Source of the DNA: Treponema sp.
Lineage (GTDB): Bacteria > Spirochaetota > Spirochaetia > Treponematales > Breznakiellaceae
Assembly: GCA_031257195.1 (NCBI GenBank)
Contig: JAIRPD010000135.1
Coordinates: forward strand, 714 to 64,713
DNA length: 64,000 bases
Direction: 5' to 3'
Part shown: positions 16,967 to 27,613 of the stretch, piece by piece
How the letters are laid out: every line of letters begins with the position of its first letter
Numbering within the stretch: the stretch's first letter is position 1
The notes under the pieces: generated by a model
What the model was told of the DNA's origin: nothing
Seen by the model: only the letters and a program-made list of their open reading frames with translations
The model's database searches: none
Program-made: the position numbers and the translations under genes

Positions 16967-19378
16967 TTATGGCCAGGGATACAAACGGCGGTAAAGTAAA
17001 AAATAGTCCTCCGGAAGGATCGGTTCCGCGGAACCGGGGGCGCGGGCCAAAACGGCCTCCCGGACGAGGCCGAAAAGTCCGCCGCCGTTAAACGCGGCCC
17101 GGCGGACCCTGTCTTCCGCGGCGGGGACCAGATCTTCGGGGTACCGGAAACCCCACAGGAGCGAAGCCGCAGAATGTTTTTTGCCCCCCCGGGGAATGGT
17201 GAACAGTTCCGCCCCGGTAACGGTAAAACCCTCCGGCAAGACGGCGTTTATCCGCCGGATAAATTCCCCGCCGTCCAGGGGGCTCTCCAGGTCCACGCTG
17301 GCTATTTCGGCCTCACATCGAAGGCCCAGGGCCGCCGGGGAGGCGAAATCCAGTTTAAGCAAGGGATTAAACCCCTGGGTATATACACCGGCCATACCGG
17401 CCCGCTGGACAGCCATGGAAAAGACCTCGATTACCCCCAGGTGGGGAATAAAAACAGCCGTGTTTTTCTTGGAAAAGGAAAAGAGAAGCCGGAACGTTTC
17501 CCCATTCAGGGCGGGTTCTGTTTTTACGGGAGAAATCACATCGTACTGTACGCTATTTTGTACAACTTCACTATCCAAAGAGCATACCCCGCAGGGATTT
17601 GTACATTTTTTTATACATTTTGATGTAATTTCCCCCTGTTTGGACCGGGCCGCCTCGTTTTGAATGTACCATTCCCTGGTCCCGCTCGCGATTATCTCCC
17701 CCCAGGGCGGGTTGGCTTGTCCGGTTCCGGCGTCCTCGTGGGGGAAACCGGCGAGGATGGGCTGGACCAGGGCGGCGTTTTCCCGCAGAAGCTCCCGCCA
17801 GACGCCGGTTTGGATGTGTTCCGTCCAGGCGTCAAGGCGGCAGCCCCGCCGGTAGGCCTCCTCCAAAAGGGGCCCTACCGCCTCGTTCCCCCGGGCGATA
17901 ATCCCCTCCAGGAGACTGGAAAAGGGGTTGTGGACGCTTACCTTGTGCCCCCGGGGCTTCAGCTTGTCCTGGATATGACGCAGTTTAACCCACGCCGCGT
18001 CCTCGTCAAGCTGGGGCGCCCACTGATAGGGGGTGTGGGGCTTGGGGACGAAGGTCCCCGCGTTTATGTGAAAGTGGGAACCGGTCCTTTTCGCCGCCTC
18101 CAGGACAAAATCAACGATCCCCTCTTCCTCCGGCCTTTGGAAATCCAGGGGAAGGCCAATCATAAAGTAAAATTTAACCCCCCGCCAGCCGGACTGTTTG
18201 GCCCTGGCGATAATCGAGACCACCTCTTCCAGGGTTACCCGTTTGTTGATCGAAAGCTGTTCCATGTCCCCCGGGGTTTCCACGGCGAAGGTAAGGCCGC
18301 TCTTTCGGACCTCGGAGATTTTTGAAAGCAGGGGCAGAGAAAAGCCCGACACCCGCAGGGAAGGCAGCTGAAAGGAGATGTGGCGGTTTCCGTAGCGGCC
18401 GTTCAGGGCGCCGATGAGTCCGTCTATGTGGCGGTAATCCCCGCTTGACAGGGAGGAAAGGCTTATTTCCCGCCACCCCCCCTGGCGGACCAGGTTTTCC
18501 ACCTCCTGGAGAACAAGGCCGGCGTCTTTCTGCCGCGTGGGCCTGTACCAGAAACCGGCGTGGCAAAAGCGGCAGCCGTTGGGGCAGCCCCGCATGATCT
18601 CCACCACCCCATGGTGCTGGACCACTTTGATACTGGGAATGGGGAAAACCGCCGGGGCTTCCCCATTCCCGCCGGTTCGGCCAAAGCCCCCCCAGATTGC
18701 CCGTTTGACGGCGGCCGCGCCCTTTCCCGGGACCGCCGGTCCCGGCGCCCAAATATGGGGATGGGACAGGACAAGGGAACGAACCTCATCCCGGGGGGCG
18801 CCGGCCCGTTTTAGGGCCAGGACCCGCTCGCAGAGCGCGAAAAAGCCCGCTTCCGCCTCGCCAATCCAGAAGGCGTCGATAAAAAGGCTGTACGGCAGGG
18901 GATTGGAAACGCAGGGCCCCCCCATGATAACCACCGGGTCCCCCGCCCCTCTCCGGGCGGAATGGAGGGGGATCCGCGCCAAATCGAGGGTCGAAAGAAC
19001 CCCGCTTATCCCCAACTCGTAGCCCAGGGTGAAGAGGAGCAGATCCGTATCCCCCAGGGCTATCCCCGTGTCAAGACCGTAAAGGGGAGTTCCCGTCTCG
19101 TTGAGGAGTTTCTCGAAATCCGGGGCGGGGGCGAAGGCCCGGTCACAGGAGATCCCCTCCATACAGTTCAGGCGGTTGTAAAGGATCCGGACGGCCTGGT
19201 TGGACATTCCCAGTTCGTAAAGATCGGGAAAAACCACCGCCGCGTGAAGGAAAATTCCCTCCCCCGCCCCGCCGGCTCGCGCCAGCCGGCCATACTCACC
19301 CCCGGTGTAGCGGGCGGGTTTTTCCACCTCCATAAGCCGCCCCCCCAGGCGGGCCGCGGGGTCGATATAGCGGATCAT
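16967..19378 (-). CDS. radical SAM protein (N-terminal radical SAM domain fused to a DUF2344-like C-terminal domain)
   Basis: 803 aa. The CPNGCRFCHAGFWY cluster motif (CxxxCxxC). The architecture resembles the TIGR03960/TIGR03936 fusion type. Confidence 0.75.
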   Translation of the reverse strand: MIRYIDPAARLGGRLMEVEKPARYTGGEYGRLARAGGAGEGIFLHAAVVFPDLYELGMSNQAVRILYNRLNCMEGISCDRAFAPAPDFEKLLNETGTPLYGLDTGIALGDTDLLLFTLGYELGISGVLSTLDLARIPLHSARRGAGDPVVIMGGPCVSNPLPYSLFIDAFWIGEAEAGFFALCERVLALKRAGAPRDEVRSLVLSHPHIWAPGPAVPGKGAAAVKRAIWGGFGRTGGNGEAPAVFPIPSIKVVQHHGVVEIMRGCPNGCRFCHAGFWYRPTRQKDAGLVLQEVENLVRQGGWREISLSSLSSGDYRHIDGLIGALNGRYGNRHISFQLPSLRVSGFSLPLLSKISEVRKSGLTFAVETPGDMEQLSINKRVTLEEVVSIIARAKQSGWRGVKFYFMIGLPLDFQRPEEEGIVDFVLEAAKRTGSHFHINAGTFVPKPHTPYQWAPQLDEDAAWVKLRHIQDKLKPRGHKVSVHNPFSSLLEGIIARGNEAVGPLLEEAYRRGCRLDAWTEHIQTGVWRELLRENAALVQPILAGFPHEDAGTGQANPPWGEIIASGTREWYIQNEAARSKQGEITSKCIKKCTNPCGVCSLDSEVVQNSVQYDVISPVKTEPALNGETFRLLFSFSKKNTAVFIPHLGVIEVFSMAVQRAGMAGVYTQGFNPLLKLDFASPAALGLRCEAEIASVDLESPLDGGEFIRRINAVLPEGFTVTGAELFTIPRGGKKHSAASLLWGFRYPEDLVPAAEDRVRRAAFNGGGLFGLVREAVLARAPGSAEPILPEDYFLLYRRLYPWP

Positions 19379-19382
19379 GGGA

Positions 19383-20693
19383 TCAGCGCTGGAACCTTCT
19401 CACCCGGATACTCATGGCCAGCCCCACGCCGATCATCGCGGAAATGAGGGCGGAGCCGCCGTAGGACATAAAGAGCAGGGGGATACCGGTGATGGGCATG
19501 ACCCCCATGGCCATCCCCACGTTGACAAGAAAATGGAAGGCGTACATCGCGGCGAGCCCCGCGGCGATGTACGCCCCAAAAGCGTCGGTGGTGTTCTTCA
19601 TAAGCCATATCAACCTTAGGCAGATCAGGAGGAACAGGGCGAATACCAGGATCCCCCCAAAAAAGCCCCATTCCTCGGTAAAAATGGAAAAAATAAAGTC
19701 CGTACTCTGCTGGGGCAGAAACCGGTAATGGCTTTGGGTTCCCTGGAGAAAGCCCTTTCCCATGAGGCCCCCGGAACCGATGGCGGTCATGGACTGGATG
19801 ATATGCCATCCCGATCCCCGGGGATCCACGTTGGGATCCAGAAACACGATAAGCCGCATGATCTGGTATTCCTTAAGCACCTTGTGGGAGGCGAAGGAAC
19901 CGGAAAGAGAGATGATCAGCAGTACCGCGATGTAACAGATCCAGTAAAAATAGCGTTTTTTATAGCGGATATACCCAAAAAAGGCGACGCCGCCTATGAG
20001 CGCCAGGGCGGCCGCGCATCCCAGAACAAAGCGGAGGTTGATCAGGATCATCACCGCGGGAAAAGCCCCCCCCAGGATCGTTTCCTGCCAGAGGGGCAGG
20101 ACCATCATCAGTCCCGTTAAAACAACGCCTCCCCCCAAAAAGGCTATGTAGCGCATGGAAATGCCGCCGATAAAGGCCATGATGAGGAGAATTGGTATAA
20201 AAACCAGGGAGGTGCCAAAGTCCGGCTGGAGGAGGATGATAAACATGGGAATAAAAACGATGACGCAGGAAAGGACAAAACGGCTTACGATATTCTCGCT
20301 GTGCCGGGTAGAGTCCAGGTGGCGGGCCAGAAAGAGGATTGTGGTGATTTTGGCGAACTCCGAAGGCTGGATACCGAAGGGCCCCACGCCGATCCACGCC
20401 CGGGCGCCGTTTATCAGGCGGCCAAAGAGGCAGGTGTAGATCAAAAGGGCGATGGTAGCCAGGTAAAGGTAAAGGGAAACATCGTAAACCCGCCGGAAAT
20501 TGAACAGGGAAATGCCCAGGGCCAGGATCACCCCCACGGCGGCCCACACAATCTGCCGGATATACTCGGTGGACGTTACCTTCTCGGTGGAGGCGAAACC
20601 CGATGAGTAGATGAAGAGGATTCCAAAAAGGGTTAACAGTATCGAGGCGAAGAACAGGGGAAAATCAATTTCAAAAATGTCCCTCAGTCTCAT
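19383..20693 (-). CDS. rodA: peptidoglycan glycosyltransferase RodA (SEDS family)
   Basis: Multi-TM SEDS protein (GARAWIGVGPFGIQPSEFAKI, LQPDFGTS, TDFIFSIFTEEWGF, PITGIPLLFMSYGGSA). The start is set at ATG 20693 (MRLRDIF...), which forms an ATGA overlap with the mrdA stop. The ORF-track N-terminal 71 aa lie inside mrdA. Confidence 0.9.
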   Translation of the reverse strand: MRLRDIFEIDFPLFFASILLTLFGILFIYSSGFASTEKVTSTEYIRQIVWAAVGVILALGISLFNFRRVYDVSLYLYLATIALLIYTCLFGRLINGARAWIGVGPFGIQPSEFAKITTILFLARHLDSTRHSENIVSRFVLSCVIVFIPMFIILLQPDFGTSLVFIPILLIMAFIGGISMRYIAFLGGGVVLTGLMMVLPLWQETILGGAFPAVMILINLRFVLGCAAALALIGGVAFFGYIRYKKRYFYWICYIAVLLIISLSGSFASHKVLKEYQIMRLIVFLDPNVDPRGSGWHIIQSMTAIGSGGLMGKGFLQGTQSHYRFLPQQSTDFIFSIFTEEWGFFGGILVFALFLLICLRLIWLMKNTTDAFGAYIAAGLAAMYAFHFLVNVGMAMGVMPITGIPLLFMSYGGSALISAMIGVGLAMSIRVRRFQR

Positions 20694-22591
20694 TCCCGGC
20701 GTCCTTGCGCGGGGACCAGCCACTGGAAACCCAGGGCGGCCACCGCCTCCTCGTAGGTTTGCCCGGCGAAGATCCCCTGGAAAATAATCGCCGTCGCGTA
20801 GGGCGACCACCAGTCCCAGGGATTTGAGGCCTCCACCAGCACGGTGACGATAACCTGCTCGTCGCGGCTGGCGGCGTTGTAGGGACCGTAGGCGGTAAAC
20901 CAGCAATGCCAGCGATCGGGAAGCCCCACCTCGGCGGTACCCGTCTTGCCCGCCAGTTCCACCGACCGGATATTGTCTACCCGGGCGGAACCCTGGGTAA
21001 CCACGGTACGCATGTTATTCCTGACGGTCTCAAAAACCTTGGGGGGCGTCTCGTTCCGCATATCATGGAGGATCTCGGGAATCACGGTCCGCTCAATGGC
21101 CCTGGAAACGGGGTCCCGTATTTCCTTAAGCACATGGGGCTTGTACCCCACGCCGTCATTGATCACCGTGGCCACCAAATTGGTAAGCTGAAGGGGCGTT
21201 ACCAGATTGTAACTCTGGCCGATGGACATGTTCATCGTGTCCCCCGCCACCCAGCGCTCATGGAAGATCCTTTCCTTCCATTGGGGGGTAGGGATAAAAC
21301 CCTCCGCTTCACCGGGCAGGTCTATGCCGGTAAGCCGGCCGTACCCAAAGGCCTTGGCGTAACGGCTGATCCGGTCTACCCCCACGTTGTCCCTGCCGGT
21401 GATCCAAAAGTAGATGTCGCAGGAATTCGCCAGCCCCTGCTGAAGGTTCTGCCAGCCGTGGCCCCCCAGGGCCCAGCAATGCCATGTCCGGTTGCCGTAC
21501 TCCATGCTCCCCGAACAGTTGATCCGCGTCTCCGGGTTGATCAAATTTTCCGCCACCAGGGCCGTGGACATAAGGATCTTGAAGGTCGAGGCCGGGGGAT
21601 AGCTTGACTGGATGGCCCGGTTTATAAAGGGGGTATTGGGATCGGTACTGATCCGAAAATACTCCCGCGACATATCCCGGCGGTTAAAGAGGTTCGGATC
21701 ATACCAGGGGTAGGAAACCATGGCGAGGATCTCCCCGTTGGGCCTCATGGCCACCACGGCGCCCATCCGCTTCCCCAGGGCTTTTTCCGCCAGAACCTGT
21801 ATGGACCTGTCTATGGTAAGCACCAGGTTTTTCCCCATGGCGGGGGCCCGCCGGCTGTTATTGGGATCCCCGCTGATCCGCCGGCCCTTAACGTCCACGG
21901 TCCTGGTTTCCAGCCCGTCCTTGCCCCGGAGGATGCTGTCGTACTGCCGTTCCAGCCCCATTTTGCCGATCACGTCCCCCTGCTGGTAGCCCTGGTTGTA
22001 AAGCTGGATCAGCTCATCCCGGGTAATGTTTCCCACATACCCGATAATGTGGGAAAGACTGCCGATTTCCCCGTAGTTTCTAATGGGTTTGGGCTGCCAG
22101 GAAAGCCCCGGCAGGGTATCGGCGTTTTCCGCCAAAACCGCCACGGCGTCGAAGGAAACATTGGAGGCGATTTCCACCGGCTGGTACAGCTGGTAGTACT
22201 GGGGGGGGATCTTGTTTACCAGTTCCTGGGAAGGCAGGTTGAGCAGACCCTCCACCCTGGTTAACAGCCCCGGTATATCCCCCTCGGGGACCTCCGCCGG
22301 GGTAAGGGTCACGGCGAAGGTATCGTTATTGACCACCAGGGGCTCGGTAAAATTCCGGTCGTAGATCTCCCCCCTTTGGGCGGGAAGCACGATGGTCCTC
22401 CTGGCTATGTCCAGGGACCGGCGGCGGTATATGTCCCCGCTGACGATCTGCATATTAAAGAGCCGCGCCGCGTAGAGGATAAAAAGGGCGGCAAACAGAA
22501 ACTGGAGGATCCATATCCTTCCCAGGGGCCGTTTGTCGGATACTTCCATGGGGGAATGGCCCAGGAGCGAGCCGCCAAAGAGCGAGGACAT
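20690..22591 (-). CDS. mrdA: penicillin-binding protein 2 (elongasome transpeptidase)
   Basis: N-terminal TM, then PASTFKIL (SxxK) and KTGTAE (KTG). Sits between mreD and rodA. Confidence 0.92.
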   Translation of the reverse strand: MSSLFGGSLLGHSPMEVSDKRPLGRIWILQFLFAALFILYAARLFNMQIVSGDIYRRRSLDIARRTIVLPAQRGEIYDRNFTEPLVVNNDTFAVTLTPAEVPEGDIPGLLTRVEGLLNLPSQELVNKIPPQYYQLYQPVEIASNVSFDAVAVLAENADTLPGLSWQPKPIRNYGEIGSLSHIIGYVGNITRDELIQLYNQGYQQGDVIGKMGLERQYDSILRGKDGLETRTVDVKGRRISGDPNNSRRAPAMGKNLVLTIDRSIQVLAEKALGKRMGAVVAMRPNGEILAMVSYPWYDPNLFNRRDMSREYFRISTDPNTPFINRAIQSSYPPASTFKILMSTALVAENLINPETRINCSGSMEYGNRTWHCWALGGHGWQNLQQGLANSCDIYFWITGRDNVGVDRISRYAKAFGYGRLTGIDLPGEAEGFIPTPQWKERIFHERWVAGDTMNMSIGQSYNLVTPLQLTNLVATVINDGVGYKPHVLKEIRDPVSRAIERTVIPEILHDMRNETPPKVFETVRNNMRTVVTQGSARVDNIRSVELAGKTGTAEVGLPDRWHCWFTAYGPYNAASRDEQVIVTVLVEASNPWDWWSPYATAIIFQGIFAGQTYEEAVAALGFQWLVPAQGRRE

Positions 22592-23100
22592 TACTGTTCC
22601 CTCCCGGATACCAGCAGGGGCTTAAAGAGCGCGAGAAACCCAAACAAAAAGGGGGCGGTTAAGGTATTGAGGAGCAGCTCAATCCAAAAGACCGTACTGG
22701 TCAGGGGATGATAGGCCGGCACGGAGCCGGCGAAGAGGAGGTGGAGGGCCAGGAGCATCAGGGCCTTGAAAAGGGTGGCCGTCCCGCAGAGCGCCATGGG
22801 GAGCACCACCGTGTCGAGGAAGAAAGTGCCCTTGAGAACCCCGCTTAACGCGCCGGCGATTGTCCTGATAAAGGTATGGAGCCCCATGGGAGAGGCGGAG
22901 AGAAAGTCGTAGAATATCCCGGAAAAAAAACCCGTTAACTGGCCGGTCATGGTCCCGTTTACATAGGCGCTGAACACGAGGATTCCCATAGAAAGATCCG
23001 GCACCGCCCCGTAGAGCTTGATCCGGGAAAATAAAACCGATTCCAGCAGGGCCGCGAGGGTGGCGAAGATCACCGCCCAAATAACGTTTTTCGCCATCAA
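22591..23100 (-). CDS. mreD: rod shape-determining protein MreD
   Basis: 169-aa polytopic membrane protein directly after mreC, with a 1-nt overlap with the mrdA start. Confidence 0.8.
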   Translation of the reverse strand: MMAKNVIWAVIFATLAALLESVLFSRIKLYGAVPDLSMGILVFSAYVNGTMTGQLTGFFSGIFYDFLSASPMGLHTFIRTIAGALSGVLKGTFFLDTVVLPMALCGTATLFKALMLLALHLLFAGSVPAYHPLTSTVFWIELLLNTLTAPFLFGFLALFKPLLVSGREQ

Positions 23101-24017
23101 GGGCCTCCATCCGCCGCCGCGGGACTGGCGGGGGCGGCCTCCTCCGCGGGAACGGGGGCGGAACCGGCGCTCTGGCGGATGTCGATGACAAACACGTACT
23201 CCAGCCGGGAAAAGTCGGCGCTGCTCTCCAGCTCGATCTCCACGGAATTGTTGTTGTCCTGGTAGATCACCCGGCTTACCCGGCCCAGGTTTACCCCCGG
23301 GGGAAAGACCCTCCCCAAACCGCTGGAAACCACCGGCTCGCCTATGCTTATCTCCCCCCTGGTCCGGCGCACAAACCGGAGCAGCAGGGGCTCGTCAGGA
23401 CCGCCCTGGCCCTCCACGATCCCCTCGATCCTGGATTCCGCGAGCCGGGCGGAAATGTAAGAGCTGGAATCGTAGAGGGGCATCACAAAGCTTTCCAGAT
23501 TAGCGGTTTGAACCACCTTGCCCACCAGGATTTCCACCCCGTTTTGGTAGGCGACCACGGGCATATTGCTGGCGACGCCGTTGTTTCTTCCCTTGTTGAT
23601 CACAAAAGCGGAAAAGAGATTGTCCGGGTCCCTCGCGACGATCTCCGCGGCCACGTAGCGGTAGGTTAAGGTCCGGGAAAAATTCAACTGTTCCCGAAGG
23701 CGGTTGTTTTCCTGCCGTATATCCGCCGCGGTCCTTTCAAGCTGTTCATAGCGGGTCATCCGCGCGGCGAGTTCGTCGTATTCTTCCTTAAGCCGGGCCA
23801 GTTCCTGGACGGAAAGGATCGTCTGGGAAACAAACGAGGTCAGTTTAAAAAGGCTCCCCCGAAGACCCGAATACACGGAAAGGCCCATGTCCTTAAAATC
23901 CACCACAAAACTCCGGGCGGAAAAGAGGAGGACCGAAAGAGACACAAGGCTTAGGACCACAAAAACATAACCGTCCGCGCTGACCCGCCGCCGTTTTTTT
24001 ATATTGTCTCCAACCAT
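23097..24017 (-). CDS. mreC: rod shape-determining protein MreC
   Basis: N-terminal TM, coiled coil (LKEEYDELAARMTRYEQLE...NNRLREQL), beta-rich C-terminus with VVSSGLGRVFPPGVNLGRV. 4-nt overlap with mreD. Confidence 0.88.
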   Translation of the reverse strand: MVGDNIKKRRRVSADGYVFVVLSLVSLSVLLFSARSFVVDFKDMGLSVYSGLRGSLFKLTSFVSQTILSVQELARLKEEYDELAARMTRYEQLERTAADIRQENNRLREQLNFSRTLTYRYVAAEIVARDPDNLFSAFVINKGRNNGVASNMPVVAYQNGVEILVGKVVQTANLESFVMPLYDSSSYISARLAESRIEGIVEGQGGPDEPLLLRFVRRTRGEISIGEPVVSSGLGRVFPPGVNLGRVSRVIYQDNNNSVEIELESSADFSRLEYVFVIDIRQSAGSAPVPAEEAAPASPAAADGGP

Positions 24018-24043
24018 ATCAGGTATCCTGGGGAAAGCCGGGC

Positions 24044-25072
24044 CTAACTGTTAAGGCTGTCGTAAATACTCCGGGTATTGTCAAAGCCCCTGGCATACTC
24101 AAAGTACTTACCCGCCCCCAGGGCCACGCAGTCCAGGGGCTGTTCCGCCAGGATCACCGGCACCCCGGTTTCCTTGGAGATAAGTTTGGGAAGGCCCTTA
24201 AGCAGGGAACCGCCGCCGGTCATAACAATGCCCCGTTCCACGATATCCGCGGCCAGTTCCGGCGGGGTCTGGCCCAGGGTGGCCTTGATTTCGTCGATGA
24301 TCTGGGTGATGGGGTCTTTGAGGGCCTCCCGAACCTCCACCGAGTCGATTTCCAGCCGCCGGGGCAGGCCCGTGATGGCGTCGGTCCCCTTGATCTCCAC
24401 CTTTTCGATGGTCTTGTCCGGGGAGGCGTTGCCAATCTCGATTTTAAGCCGCTCCGCGGTTTGTTCCCCGATGATCAGGTTGTGAACACTCCGCACATGC
24501 TTAATGATCGCCTCGTCAAACTCATCCCCCCCCAGGCGGATAGCGTTGGTAACCACCATACCCCCCAGGGAGATGACGGAAATTTCCGTGGTTCCCCCGC
24601 CTATATCGCAGACCATGTGGCCCGCGGGCTCGAAGATGGGAATATCCGCCCCAATGGCGGCGGCGAGGCTTTCCTCAATTACCTGCACGTCCCTGGCCCC
24701 GGCCTTATAGGCGCTTTCCTCCACCGCCCGGCGCTCCACCTCGGTAATACAGGAAGGGATGCCGATGACCATCCGGGGTTTAATAAACCGGTACCGGGGC
24801 AGGATTTTGGTGATAAAATAGCGGATCATCTTTTCCGTGGATTCCAGGTCGGCGATTACCCCGTCCCGCATAGGCCGGATGGCGATGATATTGCCGGGGG
24901 TCTTGTAGAGCATCCGCTTGGCGTCCTCCCCCACGGCCATGACCTTCTTGGTTCCCCGCTCCACCGCCACCACGGAGGGCTCGTTGATCACAATCCCCCT
25001 CCCCCGGATATAAATGAGAGTATTACAGGTACCTAAATCAATTCCTATATCAGATGATTTTGACCCAAACAT
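24044..25072 (-). CDS. mreB: rod shape-determining protein MreB
   Basis: Actin-fold motifs [52 protein letters not shown]. Confidence 0.97.
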   Translation of the reverse strand: MFGSKSSDIGIDLGTCNTLIYIRGRGIVINEPSVVAVERGTKKVMAVGEDAKRMLYKTPGNIIAIRPMRDGVIADLESTEKMIRYFITKILPRYRFIKPRMVIGIPSCITEVERRAVEESAYKAGARDVQVIEESLAAAIGADIPIFEPAGHMVCDIGGGTTEISVISLGGMVVTNAIRLGGDEFDEAIIKHVRSVHNLIIGEQTAERLKIEIGNASPDKTIEKVEIKGTDAITGLPRRLEIDSVEVREALKDPITQIIDEIKATLGQTPPELAADIVERGIVMTGGGSLLKGLPKLISKETGVPVILAEQPLDCVALGAGKYFEYARGFDNTRSIYDSLNS

Positions 25073-25116
25073 GATTCCTCCAAATGACTGTCCCTGTCTT
25101 TTCAGGACAGCGGTTA

Positions 25117-26040
25117 TTAAAGCCGGAGCTGCGCCGGTGTATAATTAGGATCGGCCCGCCAGGACCGCCGCCACGCCGCCCTGGCCTTGATTGTATCCCC
25201 CCGGGCGGCGTAAATTTCCCCCAACTCATAGGCCGCCTCGGCGTTTTCATCGCTTTCCAGAACTTCCTCAAAGGCCGCCAGGGCCCCATCCATGTCCCCG
25301 GAACCGCTTAAAACCTTGCCCAACAGAAGCTTGGCCTTAAGCGCGACTCCCGCGTCCCTGGATATCTCGACGCAGCGGGTTAAGTAGGTTCTGGCCGCTT
25401 CCCAATCTTCCAGGCCCATGTAGGACTGGGCTATGGACAGGAACAGCAGATCCGAACCTTCCTCTTCCGGCGACAGGGAAGCCCGCAGGGCGTTGACGCT
25501 TTCCTGGTAATTCCTGAGGGCGGCGTAGGCCTGCCCCAGGTACTCGTTTAAGTCCCCCGCCTCGTACCGGGCGGCTCTAGCCTCTTCCAGGTACTTTACC
25601 GCCAGATCGGCGTAATCCGGCCCCTTGATATAGTAGGCCTTGCCCAACACATAGCGGATCTTCCCGTCCCGGTCGGGGTTTTTCCCCAGCAGGGCCTTCC
25701 GAAGAGACCAGACGCATTGGCCCACGTATTCAAAGGCCCGGTCGTTATTGATCTGGGACGCCGCCATCTGGTAAGAGGCGAAGCCATGGATCGTTAAAAA
25801 CAGGGGGTCCATGGGGCTTTGATTCAGGGCTTCCCGGCTTTTTTGGCAGGCGCCGGCGTAATCCCCCTCTCCCCACAACTCCACCAACTCCCGTTTTAAC
25901 CCCAAATCCCTGGCCTTTGTCCTAAAGAGGAAAGCAAAGACGATTACCGCCCCCGCCAGGATAAAAAGGGCGGCCACCCCCTGAAAGGCCTGCTTTTTGA
26001 GGATACCGCCTATGGCGGATCTGATCCCGGTTTTTACCAT
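25117..26040 (-). CDS. membrane-anchored TPR repeat protein
   Basis: TM segment [19 protein letters not shown], then several TPR-like repeats ([54 protein letters not shown]). First gene upstream of mreB. Confidence 0.7.
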   Translation of the reverse strand: MVKTGIRSAIGGILKKQAFQGVAALFILAGAVIVFAFLFRTKARDLGLKRELVELWGEGDYAGACQKSREALNQSPMDPLFLTIHGFASYQMAASQINNDRAFEYVGQCVWSLRKALLGKNPDRDGKIRYVLGKAYYIKGPDYADLAVKYLEEARAARYEAGDLNEYLGQAYAALRNYQESVNALRASLSPEEEGSDLLFLSIAQSYMGLEDWEAARTYLTRCVEISRDAGVALKAKLLLGKVLSGSGDMDGALAAFEEVLESDENAEAAYELGEIYAARGDTIKARAAWRRSWRADPNYTPAQLRL

Positions 26041-26050
26041 AACTATGCTG

Positions 26051-26079
26051 ATTTAATACTTTTTACAATAAAAAGTCAA
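26051..26079 (-). promoter_or_regulatory. candidate sigma-70 promoter for the TPR-mreBCD-mrdA-rodA operon
   Basis: On the minus strand: TTGACT, 17-nt spacer, TTAAAT, about 10 nt upstream of the ATG region of the 25117..26040 gene, in an AT-rich island. Confidence 0.35.
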
Positions 26080-26138
26080 TGGAAAAAAATCAAGGGCGGC
26101 GATTTTACTTTCCCGCGGCCCGGCGGGGTATAAAAAAA

Positions 26139-26704
<566 letters not shown>

Positions 26705-26729
26705 TTAAAAAACCCATGAACGCATCCGG

Positions 26730-27572
26730 CTATTCCTCATACTCCATGCCGGAACTTTCCTCCTCTTCCTCCTCATCATCATAATCGTCGTCTTCCATAT
26801 CGTCCAGGTCCGCCAGGCTTCCGGCGTCCTCGCTGTTAAAGAAGTTCTCCCCCTCCTCCCCGCTTTCCTCGTAAAAGAGGATTCGGGAACAGTAGGGGCA
26901 AAAAACGATCTCTTCCCCCTGATGAACCAGATTGGCGAACTGTACGGGCAGGACCATGTGGCAGCCCATACAAACCCCGCCCTTGATGGCCACGATACCC
27001 CGGCCCATTTTGTTCCTGATGATCCGATCGAATTTGAACAGCACCTCCGGATCCAGGCCGGGAATAAGATCCCGCTCCTCCCCGTTAAGCCGGGCGATCT
27101 CGGCGTTCTTTTCCGCCACCTCCGCCTCTATGCCCCGGCGGCGCTCCTCCAGGTCTTTTTCCTGCTGCCCTATCAGGGACTCGTTCTGCCCTATCTGATC
27201 CTCCATCTCGGAAATCGACCTTTCTTCCCGCTGGAGTTCCTTGCGGTACTGGAGTTCCCTTTCCGCGGCGTCCCGAATTTCCTTGTCCAGGGCCTCGTAT
27301 TCCCGCTGGGTATTTACCACATCCATGTTCTTTTCCGATTTTTCCCGGCTGGTCTCCGCGTCCGCCAACAGGGACCGGTACTCTATTTCGGAGGCGCGGC
27401 ATTTCTCGAATTCAACGTTTTTGTCTATAAAGGACTTTTTGAGCCGGGTGAGGAGCTCATCCTGGGTAACCAGAATTTTGGGAATTTCCTCCACCTCATG
27501 TTCCAGTTTTATCTTTTTGGAAAGAATCTCCTGGAGGGTTCTAAGCTTGACAAACACTTCTTCCATTACCAT
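26730..27572 (-). CDS. coiled-coil C4 zinc-ribbon protein (COG1579 / HP0958-like) with an acidic tail
   Basis: Long coiled-coil N-terminus. Zn ribbon CMGCHMVLP...FCPYCSRILF. C-terminal DLDDMEDDDYDDEEEEEE. Confidence 0.75.
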   Translation of the reverse strand: MVMEEVFVKLRTLQEILSKKIKLEHEVEEIPKILVTQDELLTRLKKSFIDKNVEFEKCRASEIEYRSLLADAETSREKSEKNMDVVNTQREYEALDKEIRDAAERELQYRKELQREERSISEMEDQIGQNESLIGQQEKDLEERRRGIEAEVAEKNAEIARLNGEERDLIPGLDPEVLFKFDRIIRNKMGRGIVAIKGGVCMGCHMVLPVQFANLVHQGEEIVFCPYCSRILFYEESGEEGENFFNSEDAGSLADLDDMEDDDYDDEEEEEESSGMEYEE

Positions 27573-27580
27573 GTATAACC

Positions 27581-27612
27581 CCTTAATGGTCCGGCCCCTT
27601 AATGGTCCGGCC
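27581..27612. repeat. perfect tandem duplication of a 16-bp unit
   Basis: CCTTAATGGTCCGGCC occurs at 27581-27596 and again at 27597-27612. Together they fill the 41-nt rpoD / zinc-ribbon-gene spacer. Confidence 0.9.
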
Positions 27613-27613
27613 G

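Noticed and set aside
20694-20906. 71-aa N-terminal extension of the rodA ORF. Analogous extensions occur on the MBL gene (33568..33759), galM (58844..59188), trmB (38940..39095) and mltG (32401..32454).
   Set aside because: The extensions lie inside the preceding genes and are Arg/Pro/Gly-rich. Internal starts give classic ATGA, TGATG or 8-nt coupling overlaps and match orthologue N-termini.
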